Source of the DNA: Flavobacteriales bacterium
Lineage (GTDB): Bacteria; Bacteroidota; Bacteroidia; M30B66
DNA: 64,000 nt
Direction of reading: 5' to 3'
Assembly (NCBI GenBank): GCA_040403315.1
Contig: JBBAKX010000003.1
Span: 29,627 to 93,626, forward strand
Each line of letters opens with the position of its first letter. Positions within the stretch are counted from its first letter, which is position 1. Position numbers and translations under genes: made by a program. The notes under the pieces were generated by a model. The model saw only the letters and a list, made by a program, of their open reading frames with translations. It was not told the DNA's origin and did no database searches. Below are positions 28,401 to 37,786 of this stretch, piece by piece.

Positions 28401-30308
28401 TTGGATTTGTTACATTTGCAAAATATGCGCTTCGAGAAATCCAGTATGCCAGTTTCGGTGCTATTTTTAATAGATCTTGGTATTTGCTTTATTTCGGTTT
28501 TAATATCCTATCTGCTCAGGTTTAATTTCAATATTCCTGCTGAGGAATTTAATTCTTTGTTCTGGGTAATTCCATCATTGCTTGCTATAAGAACTATCGC
28601 AAATCTGATATTTCAAACACACCGTGGAATTATTCGGCTAACCAATACTTCCGATGTGCAGAGGGTTTTTCTTTCTGTAGCATGTGGATCTATTTTTATA
28701 ATGCTTTTTAACCCAATACTTTTTGGGATTGTAGGAACTTATTTAATTCCCTATTCAATCACAGTTATTGAGGGTGTTTTTACCATTTTCTTAATGGTTA
28801 CAATGCGAATTGGTGTGAAAGTCCTGCTTATTGAATGGTTTAGCACTGGAAAGGAAAAAAATAAAGTGGTAATTGTAGGTTCTGGAGATACTGGCCTAAC
28901 GGCTAAACGTGCGATTGAACGTGATGCAGGAGCGAAATATGTTGTTGTTGCATTTATTGATGATGAGCCCGGACGAAGAGGAAAGAAAGTGCAAGGTGTT
29001 CATGTGAAGCAGCAAACGGAACTTTTCGAGATGATTAATGATCAGGAGATTCAATTGGTTATCCTAGCTCGAACTGAAATTGAAGCTGATCAAAAACAAA
29101 ATATTATTGATGCGTGTTTAATCAACAACATCAAGGTGTTTTCGGTTCCACCAGTAAGTTCTTGGATCAATGGAGAACTTAGCTTCAAGCAAATCAAGAA
29201 AGTCAATGTTAAGGATTTGCTCGAACGCTCTATAATCGATATCCACACCGAAAATATTCGTAAAGAGTTACAAGGTAAATGCGTACTTGTTACTGGCGCT
29301 GCAGGTTCAATTGGTTCTGAAATGGTAAAGCAAATTCTACCTTTCAAACCTTTAAAATTGATTTTGCTCGATCAAGCTGAAAGTCCGCTGTATGAACTTG
29401 AACGTGAGCTGCAAGATGAACTGAACTATTCAGGATTTGAAATAGTTGTGGGTGATATTCGAAATGAAGCCCGAATGCGCAATGTTTTTCAGCATTTCCA
29501 GCCCGAATATGTATTTCACGCTGCTGCATACAAACATGTTCCGTTGATGGAAAACAATCCATCAGAAGCTTTGCTCACAAATGTAAAAGGCACCCGTGTA
29601 TTGGCCGATTTGGCTTCAGAATTCGGAGCCAAAAAATTTGTTATGGTTTCCACCGATAAAGCCGTTCGTCCTACCAATGTGATGGGAGCCTCCAAACGTG
29701 TTGCTGAAATCTATGTTCAAAGCTTAGGGCAAGTGAGTCAAACAAAATTCATCACTACACGATTTGGGAATGTTCTAGGCAGCAATGGATCGGTGATTCC
29801 GATTTTTGCTCGTCAGATCGAACGCGGAGGACCAGTTACAGTAACACATCCCGATGTTACGCGTTTTTTCATGACGATTCCTGAGGCCTGTTTGTTGGTG
29901 CTCGAAGCAGGAACTTATGGTCAAGGAGGCGAGATTTTCTTATTTGATATGGGAAAATCTGTAAAAATCAAAGACCTAGTTGAGAAGATGATAAAATTGT
30001 CTGGGCTCACGCTCAACAAGGACATTACCATAAAATACACAGGTTTGCGCCCAGGCGAGAAGCTTTACGAAGAACTGCTCAACGACAAAGAAAATACCGT
30101 AGAAACACACCACAAACGAATCATGAAAGCGCTTGTTCAGGAATTCGATTTTAAAATAGTCGAACAAGCAATCAATGAAATGATTCCATTCTTCGAAACA
30201 CAAAATAATGAAGAAATTGTAAAGCGAATGAAACTTTTGGTTCCTGAATACAAGTCCAAAAACAGCATTTTTGAACAACTCGATCAGGAGGAAACCAATA
30301 CTAATTAA
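28401..30308 (+). CDS. Membrane-anchored NDP-sugar 4,6-dehydratase/epimerase (CapD/PglF/WbpM family)
   Basis: N-terminal TM segments, then a Rossmann fold VLVTGAAGSIGSEMVKQIL. Extended SDR active site (STDKAV...YKHV). Family-typical about 630 aa length. Confidence 0.85.
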   Translation: MDLLHLQNMRFEKSSMPVSVLFLIDLGICFISVLISYLLRFNFNIPAEEFNSLFWVIPSLLAIRTIANLIFQTHRGIIRLTNTSDVQRVFLSVACGSIFIMLFNPILFGIVGTYLIPYSITVIEGVFTIFLMVTMRIGVKVLLIEWFSTGKEKNKVVIVGSGDTGLTAKRAIERDAGAKYVVVAFIDDEPGRRGKKVQGVHVKQQTELFEMINDQEIQLVILARTEIEADQKQNIIDACLINNIKVFSVPPVSSWINGELSFKQIKKVNVKDLLERSIIDIHTENIRKELQGKCVLVTGAAGSIGSEMVKQILPFKPLKLILLDQAESPLYELERELQDELNYSGFEIVVGDIRNEARMRNVFQHFQPEYVFHAAAYKHVPLMENNPSEALLTNVKGTRVLADLASEFGAKKFVMVSTDKAVRPTNVMGASKRVAEIYVQSLGQVSQTKFITTRFGNVLGSNGSVIPIFARQIERGGPVTVTHPDVTRFFMTIPEACLLVLEAGTYGQGGEIFLFDMGKSVKIKDLVEKMIKLSGLTLNKDITIKYTGLRPGEKLYEELLNDKENTVETHHKRIMKALVQEFDFKIVEQAINEMIPFFETQNNEEIVKRMKLLVPEYKSKNSIFEQLDQEETNTN

Positions 30309-30320
30309 TCATAAAATTCC

Positions 30321-30746
30321 ATGAGTCAAAAGGTACATAAAACTAAAATCCAACTCCGTTTTTCAGACATTGATATGCTGAGGCATGTGAACAATGCAAA
30401 GTTCGCAACCTTTATGGAAACCGCGCGGATGCAGTTTTATAAAGACCTTGTTGCCCCGCAAAATGATTGGTCTGAAACGGGATTAATTATTGCTCGACTC
30501 GAATTTGATTTTAAAATCCCAGTATTTTTGAACGATGATTTTTATGTTGAATCTTGGGTAAGTGCAGTTGGAACAAAAAGCCTCACATTCGATTATCGTT
30601 TCATGGTTGATACCGATACAGGATCAATTGTAAAAGCAACAGGTAAATCTATCATAGTTTGTTACCATTACAAAAATGAAACAACGATTTCAGTGCCTCA
30701 AATCTGGAAAGATAAAATCAACCAATTTCAAGGATCTGATTTTTAA
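30321..30746 (+). CDS. Acyl-CoA thioesterase (hotdog fold, YbgC/4HBT-like)
   Basis: RFSDIDMLRHVNNAKFATFMETAR is the hotdog thioesterase N-terminal motif. 141 aa. Confidence 0.7.
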   Translation: MSQKVHKTKIQLRFSDIDMLRHVNNAKFATFMETARMQFYKDLVAPQNDWSETGLIIARLEFDFKIPVFLNDDFYVESWVSAVGTKSLTFDYRFMVDTDTGSIVKATGKSIIVCYHYKNETTISVPQIWKDKINQFQGSDF

Positions 30747-30989
30747 TTTAACGCTCCATTGCGCTTCAAACAGATTGAGAATACTAGGTTTTAGTTAAAT
30801 TGAATTGTTAATGATTTCTTAGGCAATTCGATAAATCATTTTAATTTTAGTTGTCGATTAAATCGGTTAACTTTTACGGTTTTCAAATTCTATCATGGAT
30901 TTAATCATGATCAGTTCGATTTAGTAGCTTTTTGAAACGAGAAAATTTCGACGCAACTTCACATTGTCTTCACTTTCATTTAATGTATA

Positions 30990-31397
30990 TTGCGAAATAA
31001 TTTAGGGAAAATGATAGTTCGAGTTGTTCTGAATTTGTTTATTGTTGTTTGTTTGGCTTCCTGTGCTAAAGATGCAGGAGAAGGCGGAACATCCTCTATA
31101 CAAGGAAAGATTTTTGGGTATGATATAAATGCAGCTGGAGTCGTAACCGATAGCGCATACGTTCAGGATGCTCGCGTTTACATCAGCTATGGAGACGGTA
31201 CAACAGTCGATAATGATGTTAGAACATCCTACACTGGAGATTACATTTTCCGTGGCCTAAGAAAGGGCATTTATACAATTTTCGTTTATTCGCAATGTAA
31301 TGATTGCCCATTCAATCAAGAGGTTGTGAAGCAAACTTTTGAAATTACTGAAAACAAACAGGAAGTTATTGTTCCTGATTTAAAGATTTTCGATTAA
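30990..31397 (+). CDS. Lipoprotein with carboxypeptidase-regulatory-like (transthyretin-like) beta-sandwich domain
   Basis: Lipobox LASC after a hydrophobic stretch. The internal ATG at 31011 (MIVRVV) is the likelier start. GKIFGYD...ARVYISYGDGTTVDNDVRTSYTGDYIFRGLRKGIYTIFVY matches CarbopepD_reg-like repeats. Confidence 0.4.
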   Translation: MRNNLGKMIVRVVLNLFIVVCLASCAKDAGEGGTSSIQGKIFGYDINAAGVVTDSAYVQDARVYISYGDGTTVDNDVRTSYTGDYIFRGLRKGIYTIFVYSQCNDCPFNQEVVKQTFEITENKQEVIVPDLKIFD

Positions 31398-32179
31398 TGA
31401 CAGAAGATCAGAATTCATTTTCTGCCCTTCATGATTTTGAAGCAGTAAGCCTACAGCAACTCGATGGTGTAAAGCTTATGAATCGAGTAGATCAAAAGTT
31501 TATTCTGCATCAGAGAGAGCTTAATTCTTTATTATTGGAAATTCAAGCATATTACAATGTTTTAGAAATAAAAAACAAAAGGATTTTCCGCTACAGCAGT
31601 TTATATTACGATACAGATGAGCAAAATTTTTATTCTGATCACCACAACGGGAAACCCAATCGAATTAAAATTCGAAGTCGTGAATACTTAGACACAGGAA
31701 CTGCATTCTTCGAAATAAAGAAAAAAATTAAAGGATTTCGTACAGAAAAATATCGTGTTGAAAAATCAGGTGATAAATTGAATGATCAACTTTCAGAACG
31801 AGAATTACTAAAAACTCATCGTCTAGATCATATTTCTCTAGTGCCTTCAATTATTGTTGAATATTCGAGAATTTCAATCATCGCAAAAGATTTTTCTGAG
31901 CGAGTAACAATCGACACAGATCTCTCTTTTAAAAAGGAAAGTGGAGAAGAGTCAATGAGAGGTCTCGTTATCATTGAGGTGAAGCAAGATCAAGTAAAAC
32001 GTGAAAGCCCAATCGTTGAAGCACTTCGGAAACGAAGAAACAGACCTTTTGGAATTTCTAAATACGCTATGGGCATGGTGCTCATGAATGCAGCAATAAA
32101 AACGAATGCTTTTAGACATAAAGTATCCAAAATCAAACAACTGATTTCAAGAAATGGAGCCAATAGACGCAGTGAATGA
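31397..32179 (+). CDS. VTC-domain protein (CYTH-like triphosphate tunnel; polyphosphate-polymerase-like domain)
   Basis: 260 aa, cytoplasmic. NRVDQKFIL...YYDTDEQNFYSDHHNGKPNRIKIRSREYLDTGTAFFEIKKK...EKYRV resembles bacterial VTC-domain proteins. Start overlaps the upstream stop (TAATGA). Confidence 0.55.
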   Translation: MTEDQNSFSALHDFEAVSLQQLDGVKLMNRVDQKFILHQRELNSLLLEIQAYYNVLEIKNKRIFRYSSLYYDTDEQNFYSDHHNGKPNRIKIRSREYLDTGTAFFEIKKKIKGFRTEKYRVEKSGDKLNDQLSERELLKTHRLDHISLVPSIIVEYSRISIIAKDFSERVTIDTDLSFKKESGEESMRGLVIIEVKQDQVKRESPIVEALRKRRNRPFGISKYAMGMVLMNAAIKTNAFRHKVSKIKQLISRNGANRRSE

Positions 32180-32816
32180 AAGCCTTAGCGCATCTGGTGC
32201 GCATAGCTTAACCGATTTTGCTATTCGATTCGGTATTAACTTATTTGTGATTTTTGTACTGGTTAGGTTATTGTACTATCCTCTGCGAAAAAATCGTGAT
32301 TTTCTTTTCACGTTTTTCCTCTTTAATATCATCAATTTCCTCATCTGCTTTTTACTGAGCAGCGCTAAATTAAAAATGGGATTTGCCTTCGGGCTCTTCG
32401 CTATTTTCTCGATTCTTCGCTATAGAACAGTAACAGTGCCTGTTAGAGAAATGGGCTATTTTTTTATCTCTGTTACCCTTGGTATCATAAATGCCTTAAC
32501 TACCAACGAACAAGGAATGGTTATGTTGGTGATTGCAAATTTGGTGATCCTCAGTGTAGCTTGGATTATTGATCATAAAGTAAAGGTAACTCACGAAAAT
32601 TTTAAGGAGGTAATTTACGATCGAATTGATTTAATTTCTCCTGATAAACGAGAGGAAATGATAAATGATCTGCGACAAAGAACTGGATTAAACATTCACA
32701 GAGTGGAGTTTTCAAGAATCGATTTTTTTAAAGACACAGCTCGGATTTTCGTTTTTTACAACGATTATAGAAATGATGCCGAAGTTGCTGTTAGTGAAGG
32801 CGGAGATGATGATTAA
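32154..32816 (+). CDS. DUF4956-like polytopic membrane protein (usual partner of bacterial VTC-domain proteins)
   Basis: 220 aa with 4-5 TM helices followed by a soluble C-terminal domain. Overlaps the VTC gene by 26 nt. Known co-occurrence pattern. Confidence 0.5.
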   Translation: MEPIDAVNESLSASGAHSLTDFAIRFGINLFVIFVLVRLLYYPLRKNRDFLFTFFLFNIINFLICFLLSSAKLKMGFAFGLFAIFSILRYRTVTVPVREMGYFFISVTLGIINALTTNEQGMVMLVIANLVILSVAWIIDHKVKVTHENFKEVIYDRIDLISPDKREEMINDLRQRTGLNIHRVEFSRIDFFKDTARIFVFYNDYRNDAEVAVSEGGDDD

Positions 32817-33519
32817 TAAAATAATAGTTTTAGCTTTTCTTATTGCTTCAACAACCGTTGTTTCTGCTCAGGCTGATCTACGTGATCTTCATCTATGGAC
32901 AGCCATAGAAATCAACCACAAACTCAACAAAAAGATTGAACTCTCCGTGCAGTTTCAATCTCGTTTCGACCGTGAGGTAAATCGCCTTCGCGGCAATTAT
33001 TTTAGCATTGATGCATCTCGAAAACTTGGAAATGGATTCAGACTTTTGTTAGATGCACGATTTGCAACTTCCAGCAGATGGGATAAGTGCCGCTTCGGGA
33101 TTGGCTTGCAGAAAAATATCAAGTTCGATGAAAAAGGAAACTCTGAATTAAAATTAAGAGCCCTTTATCAATACCAGTTTTTCCCAACAGCTGATGTTCA
33201 ATATAGCATCGATATTCCACAACAGAACTACCGATTTAGGGCTTCATTCACCACGAAAATCATCAAAAAAACTTACTTAACCATCCAATCTGAACCCATG
33301 TGGAGAGCAGAAGCAGGCAGCTTTTTCTTCCGCAGAGTGCGTTCAACAGTTAGTGTGAAAAGATCTTTGCCCGGACCATGGGCAATTCAAGTTGGTTATA
33401 CACGCCAATTAAACTTTAACAACCCAGTCGATATCCAAATTATTTCGACAACGTTATCATACGACTGGAAGCGAAAAGCGAAAGCTGAAAAAAGAACTAT
33501 CACCACTCCTGCCTTCTAG
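32806..33519 (+). CDS. Secreted beta-rich protein (DUF2490-like, putative outer-membrane beta-barrel)
   Basis: Signal peptide MMINKIIVLAFLIASTTVVSAQA. Alternating hydrophobic beta-strand pattern. Start ATGATGATT overlaps the upstream TAA stop. Family assignment is from memory and tentative. Confidence 0.4.
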   Translation: MMINKIIVLAFLIASTTVVSAQADLRDLHLWTAIEINHKLNKKIELSVQFQSRFDREVNRLRGNYFSIDASRKLGNGFRLLLDARFATSSRWDKCRFGIGLQKNIKFDEKGNSELKLRALYQYQFFPTADVQYSIDIPQQNYRFRASFTTKIIKKTYLTIQSEPMWRAEAGSFFFRRVRSTVSVKRSLPGPWAIQVGYTRQLNFNNPVDIQIISTTLSYDWKRKAKAEKRTITTPAF

Positions 33520-33646
33520 TAGTATTTTGCAATACCTTAGTTTATCGATGATTTTAAATCGTTCGGTTGATTTTTTTCTTTTTATCAATCAATAAACAAG
33601 AGCGCTCTTTTGGTGTTTCCTTGGTAGATTTCGAATAAACGCAACC

Positions 33647-34207
33647 ATGAAAAAACTATTCATCCTTCTGCTTTCCGCTACAATTTTTACTTCCTGCGTG
33701 AATGTGGTATCTAGCCCGAATAATATGCCAACTCCTTCTACTTCCATCTACGATTTCAAACTTAAGTCTATCGACGGCAAAACAATTGATTTTTCCTCTT
33801 TCAAAGGGAAGAAACTTTTAATTGTAAATACAGCATCCGAATGTGGCTACACTCCTCAATATGAAGGTTTGCAAGAACTTCAATCCAAGTTTGGGGATAA
33901 AATTAATATCGTGGGTTTCCCATGTAACGATTTTGGAGGGCAAGAACCTGGTGCAAATTCTGAGATTCAGTCTTTCTGCTCAAAAAATTACGGAGTTACT
34001 TTTCAAATGATGGAAAAAGTATCTGTGAAAGGTGAAAGTACTGCTCCTCTTTATAAATGGCTAGCCGACCCAGCTTTAAACGGTTGGAACAGCGAAAAAC
34101 CCAATTGGAATTTTTGCAAGTATCTCATCAACGAAGAAGGGAAACTAACCAATTTCTTTAATTCTGCTGTTAAGCCAATGAGCGACGATATTGTTAATAA
34201 GCTCTAG
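33647..34207 (+). CDS. Glutathione peroxidase (Cys-type), lipoprotein-anchored
   Basis: NTASECGYTPQYEGLQELQ...FPCNDFGGQEPG...FLIN are the GPx signatures. Catalytic residue is Cys (TGT), not Sec. N-terminal signal with Cys. Confidence 0.85.
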   Translation: MKKLFILLLSATIFTSCVNVVSSPNNMPTPSTSIYDFKLKSIDGKTIDFSSFKGKKLLIVNTASECGYTPQYEGLQELQSKFGDKINIVGFPCNDFGGQEPGANSEIQSFCSKNYGVTFQMMEKVSVKGESTAPLYKWLADPALNGWNSEKPNWNFCKYLINEEGKLTNFFNSAVKPMSDDIVNKL

Positions 34208-34227
34208 CCAAACCCTATTTTATTTAT

Positions 34228-34260
34228 AGCCCGAATAGCATTCTCTATTCGGGCTTTTTC
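34228..34260 (+). terminator. Rho-independent terminator after the glutathione peroxidase gene
   Basis: AGCCCGAATAG-cattct-CTATTCGGGCT followed by TTTTC. Perfect 11-bp stem. Confidence 0.65.
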
Positions 34261-34266
34261 TTGTTT

Positions 34267-36681
34267 ATGACCGATTTCTCCCAATTAGATGATTGGTTCA
34301 ATAAGAATGGTTGGACCGTCTTTCCTTTCCAAAAATCTTGTTGGAATTCTATTGATCAAGGAAACTCTGGTCTTTTAAATGCACCAACTGGCAGTGGAAA
34401 AACATTTGCCATTTGGTTAGGATTGCTCAATCGACTTCGAGCGCAGCAAACAGGACTTAAAGTGCTTTGGATAACTCCACTTCGCGCATTGTCGAAGGAT
34501 ATTTCTAATGCCATGCAAGATTCTGCTAATTCGCTCAATACGGGTTGGAGAGTGGGTTTGCGCAGCGGCGATACAGATGCAAAAACTCGCGAAGCGCTTC
34601 GAAGGAAACCGCCCGATGCTTTGGTTACAACTCCCGAAAGCTTGCATTTGATGCTGGCCTCTAAAAATTACCCAGATTATTTCAAAAATCTCGATGCTGT
34701 TGTTGTAGACGAATGGCACGAATTAATTGGATCTAAGCGTGGTGTACAGATCGAGTTGGCACTCTCAAAACTGAATTCAATCCAACCAAAATTGTTGATT
34801 TGGGGAATTTCTGCAACTATCGGAAACCTCGACGAAGCTATGAGCGTGCTCCTTGGAATCAACAATTCGGGGGTTATGATTCGTGCCACAAACAGCCGCT
34901 TCCCAGAAATTAAAACTGTTTTTCCCGATGAACTCGAGAAACTCCCTTGGGCGGGTCACCTTGGAATTCACCTTCTCCCCAAAATTCTTCCGATTTTACA
35001 AGACAATCAAAGCACTTTACTTTTTACAAATACAAGGTCGCAAGCCGAAATTTGGTACCAAGAACTGTTAAATGCCGATCCATCATTGGCCGGACAAATC
35101 GCTATGCACCACGGTTCGATTTCCCAAGAACTGCGAACATGGGTTGAGAATGCCTTGCATGATGGTTTGTTGCGTGTTGTGGTTTGCACTTCTAGCCTCG
35201 ATTTAGGGGTCGATTTCAGACCTGTCGATAATATTATCCAAGTTGGAAGCCCCAAAGGTGTCGCGCGTTTCATCCAACGTGCAGGTAGATCAGGCCATCG
35301 CCCAGGTGCTATCAGTAAGATCTGGTTTGTACCTACGCATTCGCTTGAATTGATTGAAATTGCTGCCATACGTGAGGCTGTAGCAACCAATGCAGTTGAA
35401 GCTAGAATTCCAATTTTACTTTCAATGGATGTTTTGGTGCAATATCTCGTCACACTGGCGGTTTCAGACGGTTTTGCACCAGATGAATTGTACAAAGAAT
35501 TGATCCAAACGCATGCTTATCAGGATCTTTCAGAAGGTGCATTTCAGTGGGCAATCAAGTTCATAACATCAGGTGGTGAAGCACTTTCTGCATATCCCGA
35601 CTTTGCCAAAGCAGTGTTTGAGGATGGAAAATTAAAGGTGAAAGACAAGCGAACTGCTATGCGACATCGCTTACAAATAGGAACAATTGTCAGCGATCCA
35701 ATGCTAACGGTTAAATACCTTGGAGGTGGAAGGCTGGGAACCATAGAGGAATGGTTTGTTGCGAAACTCAAACCGGGCGATATTTTTTGGTTTGGTGGAA
35801 AAGTTTTGGAACTGATCCAGGTTCGTGATATGGTGGTAAGTGTGAAGCGATCTAACAAAAAGCAAGGCCAAGTTCCACAATGGATGGGTGGAAGGATGCC
35901 TCTTTCATCTCAACTTTCGGACTTGATTCGAAAGGAACTCGATAAAGTGCATCACCGAAGTCCCGATCTATATGAGGAAACGCAATTTTTAATGCCACTT
36001 TTCGAACTTCAACATATGCGTTCTGCCTTACCAAGCAATGGGCAATTTTTAATCGAAGTGATGAAAAGCCGAGATGGTCACCATGTGTTTTTTTATCCTT
36101 TCGAAGGTCGACTTGTGCACGAAGGACTAGCATCTTTGTTCAGCTACAGGATTTCGAAACTCACGCCGATCACTTGTTCATTTGCGATGAATGATTATGG
36201 CTTCGAATTGCTATCAGATCAGGAAATTCCCATCCGTGAAGCGCTTGAAGAAGATCTATTCACGATGAACGGTTTGCATGAAGACATTTTGGAAAGCATC
36301 AATTCATCGGAGCTTGCGAGAAGAAGGTTTAGAGATATTTCGAGCATTGCAGGTTTAGTTTTCCAAGGATACCCGGGGAAAATTGCTGGAACGAAACATC
36401 TTCAAACTTCATCTAGGTTGCTATTCGATGTATTTAAACAATATGATCCATCAAATGAATTAATGGCACAAGCTTATCGAGAAGTTTTTTCGGATCAGCT
36501 CGAAGAGAAACGTTTGCGAATGGCATTAGAACGGATCAACACACAGGAAATCATCCTTAATTATCCAACGCAATACACACCTTTTGCTTTCCCAATTTTG
36601 GTGGATCGATTGAGAAGTAAAATGAGTACAGAAACCATCGAAGATCGGGTAAAGAAAATGCTGGCCAAGTCTCTCGAATAA
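34267..36681 (+). CDS. Lhr-core-like DEXH-box helicase (ligase-associated DNA-damage-response helicase family)
   Basis: Walker A APTGSGKT, DEWHE(L) box, SAT, HHGS, and QRAGRSGH motif VI. About 800 aa with a winged-helix C-terminal region. ATG at 34267 preferred over the TTG at 34261 used by the ORF track. Confidence 0.75.
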   Translation: MTDFSQLDDWFNKNGWTVFPFQKSCWNSIDQGNSGLLNAPTGSGKTFAIWLGLLNRLRAQQTGLKVLWITPLRALSKDISNAMQDSANSLNTGWRVGLRSGDTDAKTREALRRKPPDALVTTPESLHLMLASKNYPDYFKNLDAVVVDEWHELIGSKRGVQIELALSKLNSIQPKLLIWGISATIGNLDEAMSVLLGINNSGVMIRATNSRFPEIKTVFPDELEKLPWAGHLGIHLLPKILPILQDNQSTLLFTNTRSQAEIWYQELLNADPSLAGQIAMHHGSISQELRTWVENALHDGLLRVVVCTSSLDLGVDFRPVDNIIQVGSPKGVARFIQRAGRSGHRPGAISKIWFVPTHSLELIEIAAIREAVATNAVEARIPILLSMDVLVQYLVTLAVSDGFAPDELYKELIQTHAYQDLSEGAFQWAIKFITSGGEALSAYPDFAKAVFEDGKLKVKDKRTAMRHRLQIGTIVSDPMLTVKYLGGGRLGTIEEWFVAKLKPGDIFWFGGKVLELIQVRDMVVSVKRSNKKQGQVPQWMGGRMPLSSQLSDLIRKELDKVHHRSPDLYEETQFLMPLFELQHMRSALPSNGQFLIEVMKSRDGHHVFFYPFEGRLVHEGLASLFSYRISKLTPITCSFAMNDYGFELLSDQEIPIREALEEDLFTMNGLHEDILESINSSELARRRFRDISSIAGLVFQGYPGKIAGTKHLQTSSRLLFDVFKQYDPSNELMAQAYREVFSDQLEEKRLRMALERINTQEIILNYPTQYTPFAFPILVDRLRSKMSTETIEDRVKKMLAKSLE

Positions 36682-36707
36682 AGACTAAACAATAAATTTA
36701 TGGCGAT

Positions 36708-37760
36708 TTATTTTGCGCCTAATATCTCTAGGTACCTCAATAGAGCTTGGTTTTCCTGCTCCAAGATAAAGGCTACGAATTCTTGTTTTTGGTTTTCTGT
36801 TTGGGCCTGTTCTAATGCATGATAATATTTCTTTCTAGTGTTTAAGTCGCCTTTAATATTGGCAATTACGAAACCGTAGCGCAGTAATATTAGGTTCATG
36901 AGTAACCTTGAAGTGCGGCCGTTTCCATCAATAAAGGGGTGGATTGTAACCAAGCGCTGATGTGCCTCAGCCGCTAGGACCACTGGATGTAGTTGAGATT
37001 CTGACTTGCTAAGCCATGCAAAAAAATCTTCCATTTGTATAGGCACCAAATAGGGTGGAGGAGGCATGTGTTTACTTCCAGTTATCATTACTTGAACCTG
37101 CCTGTAACGACCTGCATTTTCTGGATCGATTCCACGAAGGATTAAATTGTGCAATGCAAGCACATCCCTTTCACGAATGGGCGTGTTTTTCGAAGCCAAA
37201 TCTTTCATGTAAACGATTGCTTCTTGGTGATTTATTGCTTCCAGATGCTCGCGCATACTTTTTCCAGAAATAGTAAGCCCTTCATTAACAACTAAGTCTG
37301 TTTCTTGAAGTGTAAGTGTATTTCCTTCAATCCGATTGCTTTCGAAGGTGTATTCTAGTTCAAGGGCTTGTGTAATTCTGTAACTATCGAATTTCCTAAA
37401 TTCTTGAAGTTTACTTCTGTGATCTTCAAGTGCACTTAGTATGTCATCAAATGCTCTGTAAGGTGCAATTGGCTCGCGAAGTGCCGAAACTGTTTCTTCA
37501 GAAAACAAGGCAAGCACATCGGGTAGTAGTTGAATATCAGAGCCCAATTCACGGTTGATTTTTTCTTTCAACCAATGGGTGATTAGTTGCTTCGTAGGAA
37601 TCTCGAGCAAGTTCGCTAAATCTAAGATTTGGTTCCTGGTTGGAAGCCTGCTGCCGGTTTCAAATTTACTAACCAATGCTTGGTCAATACCCAATTGCTG
37701 TGCTACTTCGCGAACGAGCAGCCTTTTCTTTTCTCTAGCGTTTTTTAGGATTGTTTGCAT
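36708..37760 (-). CDS. HTH(XRE)-Fic domain protein (AMPylation / adenylyltransferase family)
   Basis: N-terminal HTH LVREVAQQLGIDQALVSKFETG. Canonical Fic motif HPFIDGNGRTSRLLMN. Confidence 0.8.
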   Translation of the reverse strand: MQTILKNAREKKRLLVREVAQQLGIDQALVSKFETGSRLPTRNQILDLANLLEIPTKQLITHWLKEKINRELGSDIQLLPDVLALFSEETVSALREPIAPYRAFDDILSALEDHRSKLQEFRKFDSYRITQALELEYTFESNRIEGNTLTLQETDLVVNEGLTISGKSMREHLEAINHQEAIVYMKDLASKNTPIRERDVLALHNLILRGIDPENAGRYRQVQVMITGSKHMPPPPYLVPIQMEDFFAWLSKSESQLHPVVLAAEAHQRLVTIHPFIDGNGRTSRLLMNLILLRYGFVIANIKGDLNTRKKYYHALEQAQTENQKQEFVAFILEQENQALLRYLEILGAK

Positions 37761-37786
37761 GACGCATTCATCTTGTCAAGACAAAT

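Noticed and set aside
33647-34207. Selenocysteine-containing glutathione peroxidase with in-frame TGA
   Set aside because: The active-site residue is encoded by TGT (Cys) in ...GAA TGT GGC TAC... The ORF needs no read-through.
35007-36133. Minus-strand ORFs (162, 104, 93 aa) inside the helicase gene
   Set aside because: Antisense to a helicase ORF with all canonical SF2 motifs in order. No independent support.
36708-37760. Mobile element or toxin-antitoxin island around the Fic gene
   Set aside because: No integrase, transposase, flanking direct repeats or partner antitoxin ORF are visible. HTH-Fic single-gene units are common chromosomal genes.
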